Below are positions 1 to 8,222 of a DNA stretch of 64,000 nt, piece by piece. The stretch's first letter is position 1. Each line of letters opens with the position of its first letter. The position numbers were made by a program, and so were the translations under genes. Location of the stretch: positions 45,315 through 109,314 of IMG/VR virus record IMGVR_UViG_3300033070_001497; one strand, written 5' to 3'. A model generated the notes under the pieces. That model was not told where the DNA came from and searched no databases. It saw nothing but the letters and a program-made list of their open reading frames with translations. This DNA is from a virus (Duplodnaviria > Caudoviricetes).

Positions 1-2
1 CT

Positions 3-2240
3 GCCGGTGGACAGACATTCGAAGGCGGCTCATCGTCGATCACAATCCTACCAAACCGGTGGCTGATGGTCCATGGCCAGAACTCGTTGCTCAGGTGGAA
101 CGTTTACCGCGTGGCTGACCTTACAGCAACCGGCGTGAACGATGTGACGTACGCACAGCTGATCTCGATGCTCGGCACCACTGGAGCCAGCTCAGCTACA
201 GCTGGCTTCTATCGAGTCACGGACTTCAGGACCGCGGCTTACATCCTAGGGAGCTCAGGCGGATCGTCCTACGTCGGGACCTTGGAGCCGCTTATAGTGA
301 ACGTGTATTATGGCCAAGGGATGACTGCCTCCGTTCCAAAATTGGACCAAAGGGCCTTCTCTCCGCTTTGGCCTCAGGACATCATCTGGTACGATCCATA
401 CCCAGCAAATTGGATATACGACCGATCCTTCTGCAACACATTTGATGCGACGTCGATGGTGCCTAACTTCAAGGGCGTCATCTACCGAAGGCATGACATC
501 AAGAAGGACATCCTTGGAGCCTATGACTGGAGAAACGTGTTGATCAGGAGATGGACATTCGACGCGGCTTCTAACGGTGGAAATTTCAGTGGAGCCATAG
601 CTTATGACTTCGGAGACAGGGTCCTCGGTGGGATGTCGCTCATGTATGGCCCATCTGGATCGCTGAACGTGAACCAGTGGGCCTCGGTGTTCATGAATGG
701 CATCTGTGCGATCGACCCAGATGACAACCCGAACTACTCACCCGCTGGAACGGTCACACAGGAACTATGCGTTGGGCCCACTGCCAACTCCGCGACTGCC
801 AGCACATGCGCCACTCTCACATGGACTGTCACCGGTTATCTGGACAGGCTCACGTTTGGCACGTACGGAGATCCAAATTCCGTCGATCCATACTGCCGAG
901 CGATCGATCTAGGAGGATATCAGTGGTACCCTGCCGCTGTGACCGGTGGAACAGGTGGTCCAACAGCCGCGTACAATTCGATCGTAAACTGCAACGTCTT
1001 AACTGCTACAACTACCGGTGGCATCAATTCCAACAGGCTCAACAACGTTAAGCTCCCAAGAAGGGCTTTCGGTAACAGCATCTACTCTGCTGGATACGAA
1101 GAAGACAACGATGTGAACAACATCCAGGGCGATGAGATGATGATCAACGTCAATCTCAACCCATACCCGGTAGTACCTGATTCGCCTTCATTCCCAGGTA
1201 TCAACATCCGACGCGGCATCCGAAACATGAGGTTCAGCCGAGCCAAGAACGTCTACATCACCAGGGCTAGCAGCGACTGTGAGTTCGGACCCATCAAGGA
1301 TTGCGCCTTTGAGAGCGTGCATGGAATCAAGATGGGTTACAACACGAACATGGTTGCCGCAACTGGAGCATCCAACAACGGGTGGTCGACTGGGAATGTC
1401 ATCGTCAGGAGCGAGATGCTGGAGTTCAATGGAGTGAGCAATAGCCTCATATCCCGTTGCTATCGGACCAAGTTCGCTAGGTCGATCTCGAAGCTGTACA
1501 TCCACAACAACCAAGGTAACAGCAACATCGTCGATAGCCAATTCAGTGGAGATGTGAGCGATTGCAGCTTCATCAACTCCAGAGTCGATAACATACACGT
1601 CCTTGCGGCCTTCAAGAACAACCTGATCGAAGGATCCACGCTTAGGGCAACCAGATTCGGTGCAACTGCGACGACGGTGGTCATCGGCCCTACTTCGAAC
1701 GTCACCGAATGCTCGTTCGATGGGGCTTTCACTTCTAGCCTCATCCAAGGATCGGTATCGAACACGAGATCGGCCGGCACGATCACCACGCTCAGGATCG
1801 TCGGTGGCGCGACCGTGGCCAACACCAACTTCCACACCGCTCTGTCTGCTGTCACAGTGGATAAGACGCTGGGCACGAACGCGCAGATCCTTGGATCATC
1901 CTTCCATGGTCAATCCATGGCCGGTTGCACTTTCGCTGGCCAGGTGCTGAATTGTGAGTTCTACGGCAACCTTTCCACGAACTACTTCCCATCGAATCTG
2001 TCAAGCAGCATTTTCATGGGTGGCCTCACTGGATCCACTGGCCTTGGGGTCGGCGGCACTTTCACTGGCGCACTCGTTATGGGAGGAGCGATCAATGGGC
2101 TCAACATGTCGGCAGCCACTGAATCAATAGCCAACCGTGGCAAGCTCTACATGCTCTCGAACGGCCAAAATCCTTACGTCCTGATGATCAATGAGGCCGG
2201 CGGTTCGGCCACACCCATCGTGTTGGGCGCCACGGCCTGA
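3..2240 (+). CDS. Tail fibre/spike-like virion protein, 5'-truncated by the window edge
   Basis: The frame is open from position 3 (ORF track starts at 66). G/T/S/N-rich, with a C-terminal beta-helix-like repeat region (e.g. DSQFSGDVSDCSFINSRVDN, ECSFDGAFTSSLIQG). Confidence 0.55.
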   Translation, partial: AGGQTFEGGSSSITILPNRWLMVHGQNSLLRWNVYRVADLTATGVNDVTYAQLISMLGTTGASSATAGFYRVTDFRTAAYILGSSGGSSYVGTLEPLIVNVYYGQGMTASVPKLDQRAFSPLWPQDIIWYDPYPANWIYDRSFCNTFDATSMVPNFKGVIYRRHDIKKDILGAYDWRNVLIRRWTFDAASNGGNFSGAIAYDFGDRVLGGMSLMYGPSGSLNVNQWASVFMNGICAIDPDDNPNYSPAGTVTQELCVGPTANSATASTCATLTWTVTGYLDRLTFGTYGDPNSVDPYCRAIDLGGYQWYPAAVTGGTGGPTAAYNSIVNCNVLTATTTGGINSNRLNNVKLPRRAFGNSIYSAGYEEDNDVNNIQGDEMMINVNLNPYPVVPDSPSFPGINIRRGIRNMRFSRAKNVYITRASSDCEFGPIKDCAFESVHGIKMGYNTNMVAATGASNNGWSTGNVIVRSEMLEFNGVSNSLISRCYRTKFARSISKLYIHNNQGNSNIVDSQFSGDVSDCSFINSRVDNIHVLAAFKNNLIEGSTLRATRFGATATTVVIGPTSNVTECSFDGAFTSSLIQGSVSNTRSAGTITTLRIVGGATVANTNFHTALSAVTVDKTLGTNAQILGSSFHGQSMAGCTFAGQVLNCEFYGNLSTNYFPSNLSSSIFMGGLTGSTGLGVGGTFTGALVMGGAINGLNMSAATESIANRGKLYMLSNGQNPYVLMINEAGGSATPIVLGATA

Positions 2241-2259
2241 TAGAGTGCATAGGATTGCC

Positions 2260-2904
2260 ATGAGCCAAGACAGGTTCAAGGGCAGAGTTTTCCAGTGGAT
2301 CAAGGGCGACCTTGAGGGCCAAGCCGAATTCGTGACGGAATCGAAGGATGGCAAAGTCTTCTTTGACAGCGGCAACAGCATCTTCATCAAGGAGATCAGG
2401 GAGTTCATGGTCGAGATGGGCGTGCCTGGACTGGAGACGCTACGCATAGATCCGATCACCGGAAGCACAGCGGTTGGAGACATCCCAGGACTGAACACTC
2501 CAATAGACGCGCCGGCTCCAGCGGCTGAGCCGCAACCGATAGGAGAGGAAGCGATCATACTGAACCTGCTAGAAAAGCAGCGCAAGTCCTCATACATCAA
2601 GTTCGATCGCTCCATCTCTGTGCCGGTGCCGACTCCAGAGGCGTACGATTTCCTCAGGTCGACGTTCGACTCGGAGGTCATCACGAGCGCCATCATGAAG
2701 AAGGCACAGAAGGACATCGAAAGGGAGCTCAAAGAGGTGGCCGATTTCATCAGGTTCAACCTCCAATCAGCATTGGAACTCAAATACGGAAACGATGGGA
2801 ATGTCGGAATCGAGGAAACAGAGAAGGGAGTACGAGAAGTGGCTCAAGAAGTCAGACCCAAAGGCGTACAAGGCGTGGAAAGCGGAGAAGATCGAACGCG
2901 GTAA
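2260..2904 (+). CDS. Hypothetical phage protein
   Basis: ATG 2260 (MSQDRFKG) follows the upstream stop; codon usage matches the rest of the window. Confidence 0.65.
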   Translation: MSQDRFKGRVFQWIKGDLEGQAEFVTESKDGKVFFDSGNSIFIKEIREFMVEMGVPGLETLRIDPITGSTAVGDIPGLNTPIDAPAPAAEPQPIGEEAIILNLLEKQRKSSYIKFDRSISVPVPTPEAYDFLRSTFDSEVITSAIMKKAQKDIERELKEVADFIRFNLQSALELKYGNDGNVGIEETEKGVREVAQEVRPKGVQGVESGEDRTR

Positions 2905-3067
2905 CGCGTTCCATCAATCCCACGTGGAAACCCAGCGGATTCTCCAGAGCGAAAGGCTCGAGGCCAAGCAGAAGGAGATCATCCAAAGCCTCAGGGCTGC
3001 CGGAAAAACCGATGCCCAGATCGATGAGTTCATCGAGAGCTGGGTCGAAGGCATCAGCCCGATCTGA
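2801..3067 (+). CDS. Hypothetical basic helical protein
   Basis: MSESRKQRREYEKWLKK...; its stop is coupled (TGATG) to the next start. Confidence 0.6.
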   Translation: MSESRKQRREYEKWLKKSDPKAYKAWKAEKIERGNAFHQSHVETQRILQSERLEAKQKEIIQSLRAAGKTDAQIDEFIESWVEGISPI

Positions 3068-3417
3068 TGGTGAAGGTAGTCCTCGAGAACGCCTCGAACG
3101 GTGTCATCAAGAGAGTGAAGGATGACAACCACAATGGATCAGGGATGTACTTCACCCTGACCAAGCTGTATGAGATCGATCGAGACAGCGAATACGCATC
3201 CCTACAATCGTTCCAACTGCTCGGCGACATCATCAACGATTTGGACCTGGACCTCGGGAATGAGCAACACGCTGAGGTACTCAACATCAATAGCCGTTGG
3301 GGCGAGAAATACATGCCAACCCCAGCACAGATCAAGGCGAAGATCAAGGAGCTTCGGAGCGAAATAGATCAGCTCAAGGAGCTCATGGTGATCTCCGAAC
3401 AGGCGCAGAAGAAATGA
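3067..3417 (+). CDS. Hypothetical protein
   Basis: Translationally coupled at both ends (TGATG, ATGA); C-terminal coiled coil. Confidence 0.7.
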   Translation: MVKVVLENASNGVIKRVKDDNHNGSGMYFTLTKLYEIDRDSEYASLQSFQLLGDIINDLDLDLGNEQHAEVLNINSRWGEKYMPTPAQIKAKIKELRSEIDQLKELMVISEQAQKK

Positions 3418-3809
3418 CCGAGACCGATCCACAGAAGAACATCTTCTTCGTCCATTGCGATCTGGACTTCTTCAGGGAGAACTTCGTCAAGAAGCGCAAC
3501 TCCGAGATCATCGTGTTCAGCGACATCGAGAAAAAGCTGACATCGAGGGAGATCGCGAAGACCAAACCGAGCCTTGAAACCATCCAGTTCAACATCTCGA
3601 AGAGGATCTCTGCTTTCCTGAGTTCCAGCAAGACGGAGTTCCTCTACTACTACCTGGACTCGATCAAGAAGGAGACCATCCTCAAGATCAACAAGTTCGA
3701 GAAGCGTGAGGGCCTGTCGGTCTTCCTGATGCTAGAGGACAAGAAGCTGTTCGATCGGTACAAGAAGAGCGTGAGCAGCGCTATCCTGATCGAGGAGGCC
3801 CTTAGATGA
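3414..3809 (+). CDS. Hypothetical protein
   Basis: ATGA overlap start at 3414 (MTETDPQK). Confidence 0.65.
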   Translation: MTETDPQKNIFFVHCDLDFFRENFVKKRNSEIIVFSDIEKKLTSREIAKTKPSLETIQFNISKRISAFLSSSKTEFLYYYLDSIKKETILKINKFEKREGLSVFLMLEDKKLFDRYKKSVSSAILIEEALR

Positions 3810-4375
3810 CAGACATCGAGCTCCTGCCAGTGGGCTCGATGTGCCATGCTGTCATGTACGCCGTCGATGACCCAGAGATCCTCTTCCCAGTCAAGGTAGA
3901 GATCACCTCGGCCGACATCGGCAGCAATTTCATGCTGCCGTCGTACAACGTTCGGATCGTCTGGTTCTACGACAACATCCTATTCCTGAGGAGCAACCTC
4001 GCGAACTGTTCGCTGAGGCTCAAATCTGGGGCCAATCGGATCATCAAGGTGTCGATGAAGCACTTCAAGACGCAGGAATCGATCTCTGAGTTCTTCGCGA
4101 ACAGCGCGGAGCGTTACAAGATCGAGCACTTCTTCGTCCGTAAGAGAAGGATCGATATGGAGGAGCTCTTCACCAAACTCCAGAGGTACCTCATCAACAA
4201 CCAGCTCAGGAAACTGGCCACATCGATGAACAGGAAGACTTACGGTGACAACGGTGGTGAGTTCTACGTCGTGAACCGTTCGGAGTTCCTGGAGAGACTC
4301 AGACGTGGCTTCGGTGACAAATTCAAGGATGACGAGAGCTTCAAAAGGTACACCAGCTATCTCTATGGGGTCTGA
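3806..4375 (+). CDS. Hypothetical protein
   Basis: ATGA-coupled ORF with typical codon usage. Confidence 0.7.
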   Translation: MTDIELLPVGSMCHAVMYAVDDPEILFPVKVEITSADIGSNFMLPSYNVRIVWFYDNILFLRSNLANCSLRLKSGANRIIKVSMKHFKTQESISEFFANSAERYKIEHFFVRKRRIDMEELFTKLQRYLINNQLRKLATSMNRKTYGDNGGEFYVVNRSEFLERLRRGFGDKFKDDESFKRYTSYLYGV

Positions 4376-4382
4376 CAGCTCC

Positions 4383-4390
4383 AATAGATA
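4383..4390 (+). promoter_or_regulatory. Putative late promoter AATAGATA
   Basis: T4 late TATAAATA-like octamer, 7 nt before ATG 4398. Confidence 0.6.
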
Positions 4391-4397
4391 GCCGGAG

Positions 4398-6146
4398 ATG
4401 CCCAACGAATTCTCCAACGAGTACATCCAGTCACAGGGAGCCCAAGGCGGATCGGCCGGCTTCAACGCGATCATCGGCGAGCTGTACACCCAGCCTGATG
4501 GGAATTGGCCAGCGCCTCCAGCGATAACCGATCCACAGAATGGCGAATCGATCCAATACGCTGGCTCGAGGGCCGGCGCTAAGCCGTCGATCTTCAACCG
4601 GTACTCGATCTTCTTCTTCAACAACAGGACATCGAACTCGACCACCCCAGAGGACTACTTCGATAAGCCAGAGAAGTATGGGATCCGGGCACAGAACGAC
4701 ATGGCCACGACGGTGATCAGTCATCCGTCAGCGACGAACATCATCAAGTGGTCCAAGACTGGACAGACGAACGCAGTCGAATATGATTGGCCAGACTTCA
4801 CTTGGTGCAAGCACTACGGCGACGTGCCAAACAACTACATGGTCACTCTTCGTAGGTTCCCGATGCCATGTGCGGATGACCTGTTCGACAACTCGAAGAA
4901 CCCAGCCCCTGATATCGGTAGGATGATCACCTGGGTCGACAACTCGATGAACAGCTTCGAGTCTGTTGGGATGAAGTTCAGCCATGGGATGACATGGAAG
5001 AAGCTGACAGCCGACATCCAAGAGGTCGAGTACCAAGGCGCATACCAGAACGAAGGACTGGGACTCCAGAACGATTACGCTGGAGGCGGATACAAGGGAA
5101 CCATAGCCAGATCAGCTAACACTGTAGGTAAAGCGATAGTAGCCGCATCCGCAGCAACACAGGAAGGGTTCGGGAAGAATAACCTCGCTAACCCGAACAT
5201 GGACACGTACAACCCGTACGGCGAGAACAGGAACGTCACATTCGGACCAGTGGACATCATCCGCGAGATGTACATCCGTGAGAAAGGGCTCGAGTTCACG
5301 CAGGAATTCTCGCTGAAATTCGAGTATGAGCTCAGATCGATCGATGGCATCAATCCGAAGGTCGCGTTCATGGATCTTCTTTCGAACATACTCATCTGCA
5401 CCGCGAACAAGGGCAGCTTCTGGGGCGGAGAGGTGAGGCACTACGGTGGTTACGCCAGGAAGGTCAAACCTTTGGGAGACCCCAGTATGCTCGAGAAGGG
5501 CAATTTCCAGGGATACGTCAAATCGATTCTCCAAAAGCTCATGGGCCGGCTCAGCAGTCTGACAGATGGACAGGGTTTCTCTTTGGCTGGCCTAGGAAAC
5601 GCCGCAAAGACCATTGGTTCGAACATCCTAGGAAACGTGCTGGGTGGATCGCTCGACAACATGGGCCGGCCACAAATCCATGGGCTGAATGCCCTGCTGA
5701 CCGGCGAGGACACTGGCGAGTGGCATGTGACCGTCGGGAACCCTGCCAATCCGATGATCTCTGTTGGCAACCTTATCCTGGAGAGCACGGACATTGCGTT
5801 CGATGGATCATTGGGCATCGACGACTTCCCATCGAGGATGATCGTCGAGTGCAAGCTCAAGCCAGCCAGGCCTAGGGACAGAAACGACATCATGGCGATG
5901 TTCAGCCGCCATGGTCGAATGTACATCACGGATCCGCCGACCGCTTCAAAGTACGCCGGCGTCTTGGAAAAGGGCGGCCTTAACCCACACGCGAGCAACG
6001 ACATCTCTGGAGCTGGAGCCGACAAGGGCAAGTATTTCAACGAGGACAGCCTAAAGCAGATCAGGGAAAGCGGGGTCGCTTCCAGATTCCCGAACCACAT
6101 GAAGGACCCTGGATTGCTGACACAGGCTGCCAGGGGCATCGATTGA
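4398..6146 (+). CDS. Baseplate/tail-tube junction protein (gp48-like, tube fold)
   Basis: GLEFTQEFSLKFEYELRSID and GNLILESTDIAFDG...DFPSRMIVECKLK resemble tube-fold baseplate proteins; lies directly upstream of the gp53-like gene. Confidence 0.45.
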   Translation: MPNEFSNEYIQSQGAQGGSAGFNAIIGELYTQPDGNWPAPPAITDPQNGESIQYAGSRAGAKPSIFNRYSIFFFNNRTSNSTTPEDYFDKPEKYGIRAQNDMATTVISHPSATNIIKWSKTGQTNAVEYDWPDFTWCKHYGDVPNNYMVTLRRFPMPCADDLFDNSKNPAPDIGRMITWVDNSMNSFESVGMKFSHGMTWKKLTADIQEVEYQGAYQNEGLGLQNDYAGGGYKGTIARSANTVGKAIVAASAATQEGFGKNNLANPNMDTYNPYGENRNVTFGPVDIIREMYIREKGLEFTQEFSLKFEYELRSIDGINPKVAFMDLLSNILICTANKGSFWGGEVRHYGGYARKVKPLGDPSMLEKGNFQGYVKSILQKLMGRLSSLTDGQGFSLAGLGNAAKTIGSNILGNVLGGSLDNMGRPQIHGLNALLTGEDTGEWHVTVGNPANPMISVGNLILESTDIAFDGSLGIDDFPSRMIVECKLKPARPRDRNDIMAMFSRHGRMYITDPPTASKYAGVLEKGGLNPHASNDISGAGADKGKYFNEDSLKQIRESGVASRFPNHMKDPGLLTQAARGID

Positions 6147-6147
6147 C

Positions 6148-6155
6148 AATACATA
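6148..6155 (+). promoter_or_regulatory. Putative late promoter AATACATA
   Basis: 4 nt before ATG 6160. Confidence 0.55.
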
Positions 6156-6159
6156 ACGC

Positions 6160-6690
6160 ATGCAGATCGCTCTATTGGACCTTAAGGCCACGATGGATCG
6201 TGATGGTGTGAAGATGATCGACTTCCTGGACAACAACTTCACTGTGAATTACCTGTCCCCAGACTTCCAGGTCATGCGGATCGTCAAGGTGGAGGAACAC
6301 CACCTCTGCAGGATCGACCTGATCGCGTTCGAGGCCTATGGATCAGTGGATCAGGTGGACGCTGTTCTCAAGTTCAACATGATCACTAACCCATTCTCGA
6401 TGGAGATCGGCGACATCCTAGTCATTCCTTCCCTATCATCGGTCAGCAGCTTCTTCAAGCGATCGGCCCAGGCCCAATCACACACGATCCTGGACACGAA
6501 GTCGATATTCATCGACACCAGTAGGGCCAGCAAAAAAGACGCCGCTAGGCTCGAGCAGTTGGCTCGGATCGCTTCCAAGAGGAAGAACGGCGCATCGGAG
6601 ATCAAGCCGACTAACTTGCTCAGGAACGGTGAGGTTCCATTCGCGACAACCGGCGGAGCCCTGAGGCTGGCCCCTAACGCGACCAAGTGA
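6160..6690 (+). CDS. Baseplate wedge protein gp53-like (LysM-like)
   Basis: RIDLIAFEAYGS...AVLKFNMITNPFSMEIGDILVIP is the gp53/LysM pattern. Confidence 0.75.
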   Translation: MQIALLDLKATMDRDGVKMIDFLDNNFTVNYLSPDFQVMRIVKVEEHHLCRIDLIAFEAYGSVDQVDAVLKFNMITNPFSMEIGDILVIPSLSSVSSFFKRSAQAQSHTILDTKSIFIDTSRASKKDAARLEQLARIASKRKNGASEIKPTNLLRNGEVPFATTGGALRLAPNATK

Positions 6691-8222
6691 GCACCGAAAG
6701 GACCATACTTCCTCTGTTGGATCCGACCATCAAGGTCGATCCACTCATGATCGAGGACCAGGAATCCGACGAGGCCAGGGCCTCGCTTGCGGGTGGAGTA
6801 GACCCAGACCTTCTGAACGAGAACTCCGCTAGGGCCGGCGCATGGATGCCCATGGTCGCAGTCAGGTCGATCATGTTCGATAAGACGGAGATCAAATACC
6901 TCAATGTGAGCCTTGGGTCGAAGATCCCAAGGGTGACTCTCACGATCAAGGACTCTGCGCAGAAGTTCAACATCAACTTTCCTCTCGATGGAGATGTGAT
7001 CTCGGTCTACCTGCGCCCTCCGGACAAGGACAATCAGCGGCCGATAAGGATCGACTTCGACATACTCTCGATCAACTCCTCGCCAAGCACACAGAGCTAC
7101 ACGTTCAGCGGCATCATGAAGATCCCTGGATTCTTCGGCGAGGTGTGCCGCTCGTTTCCATCTGCAAGCAGCTTCGACCACCTGATGGATGTCTGTGAAT
7201 CGGTCGGCCTTGGATTCGCATCGAACGAGACGACCATGGACGATGCGATGAAGAGGATCTGTGCGTTCGAGACATACGAGACGTTCGTCTCACAGTCCGT
7301 CCAGAACTGCTTCAAGAACGATGACAGTTTCTTCACTTGGTTCATTGATCCATACTACTACCTCTGTCTGGTCAACGTCAACAAGCAGTTCTCGCTCGAG
7401 GACAAGCTGGATGAGATCAACCTGAGCTATTCGGTGCCATTGGCTGGCATCGAGGGCCAGCAGGGCACCCAAGACACCATCAAAGGGTCGTTGGTCCTAA
7501 CCAACAAGCTCGAGATGAATGGAATGAACACCTTCATCGAGCAGTTCTCGCTCGAGAACAAGAGCGCAAATGTGTGGATCGAGAATGGTTACAAGCGGCA
7601 AGTCCAGTACTACGACATGGAGGCCGACGATCCTACCTACGTCAGGAACTTCATCGATCCATTGACGACACCAGGATCTGAGAACGAACAGATCCTGATG
7701 AAGGGCAGGAGGGACGAGGACACGTACAAGCGATCGATCAAGTACAAATGGATCGGCAACCAGTTCTCTAACACCAACGGCGGCCACGTCCATGACAACT
7801 ACATCTTCGCCAGGGTGCTCAATTTCCAGAACCTGATGGAAGTCGAGAAGATGTCGCTCAAGGTCAATCTGGCTGGCATGAACTTCTACCTTTCGAAGTA
7901 CGCTCGAGTGCCGGTATTGATCTACCAATCTGGCCAAAACTCCAAGAACGCCCAACTCCTGAAAAAGAGGGACGAGGACCTCGGTGAGACACACGATTCT
8001 GACCCAAACAAGACGCAAGCTTTCAACGCTGCATCCTCGGTTGGGCCTGATGGATCACAGGATGGCCTGAACCCAACCGATCAGGTCAAGAACGAGTTCC
8101 TGTCTGGGTACTACGTGATCAGTTCGATCGACTATAAATACACGCCGCCTGGGCCAGTCAAGCAGTCGCTGGTGTTGGTAAGAAGGGAATGGCCGATCCC
8201 AGCTAGGAACAAGGATGTCTAA
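6687..8222 (+). CDS. Baseplate hub protein (gp27/GpD-like)
   Basis: Located between gp53-like and gp5-like genes; C-terminal FLSGYYVISSIDYKY...QSLVLVRR is typical of hub proteins. Confidence 0.6.
   Translation: MSTERTILPLLDPTIKVDPLMIEDQESDEARASLAGGVDPDLLNENSARAGAWMPMVAVRSIMFDKTEIKYLNVSLGSKIPRVTLTIKDSAQKFNINFPLDGDVISVYLRPPDKDNQRPIRIDFDILSINSSPSTQSYTFSGIMKIPGFFGEVCRSFPSASSFDHLMDVCESVGLGFASNETTMDDAMKRICAFETYETFVSQSVQNCFKNDDSFFTWFIDPYYYLCLVNVNKQFSLEDKLDEINLSYSVPLAGIEGQQGTQDTIKGSLVLTNKLEMNGMNTFIEQFSLENKSANVWIENGYKRQVQYYDMEADDPTYVRNFIDPLTTPGSENEQILMKGRRDEDTYKRSIKYKWIGNQFSNTNGGHVHDNYIFARVLNFQNLMEVEKMSLKVNLAGMNFYLSKYARVPVLIYQSGQNSKNAQLLKKRDEDLGETHDSDPNKTQAFNAASSVGPDGSQDGLNPTDQVKNEFLSGYYVISSIDYKYTPPGPVKQSLVLVRREWPIPARNKDV
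8133..8140 (+). promoter_or_regulatory. Canonical T4-type late promoter TATAAATA (inside upstream CDS)
   Basis: Exact TATAAATA about 75 nt upstream of start 8215. Confidence 0.45.
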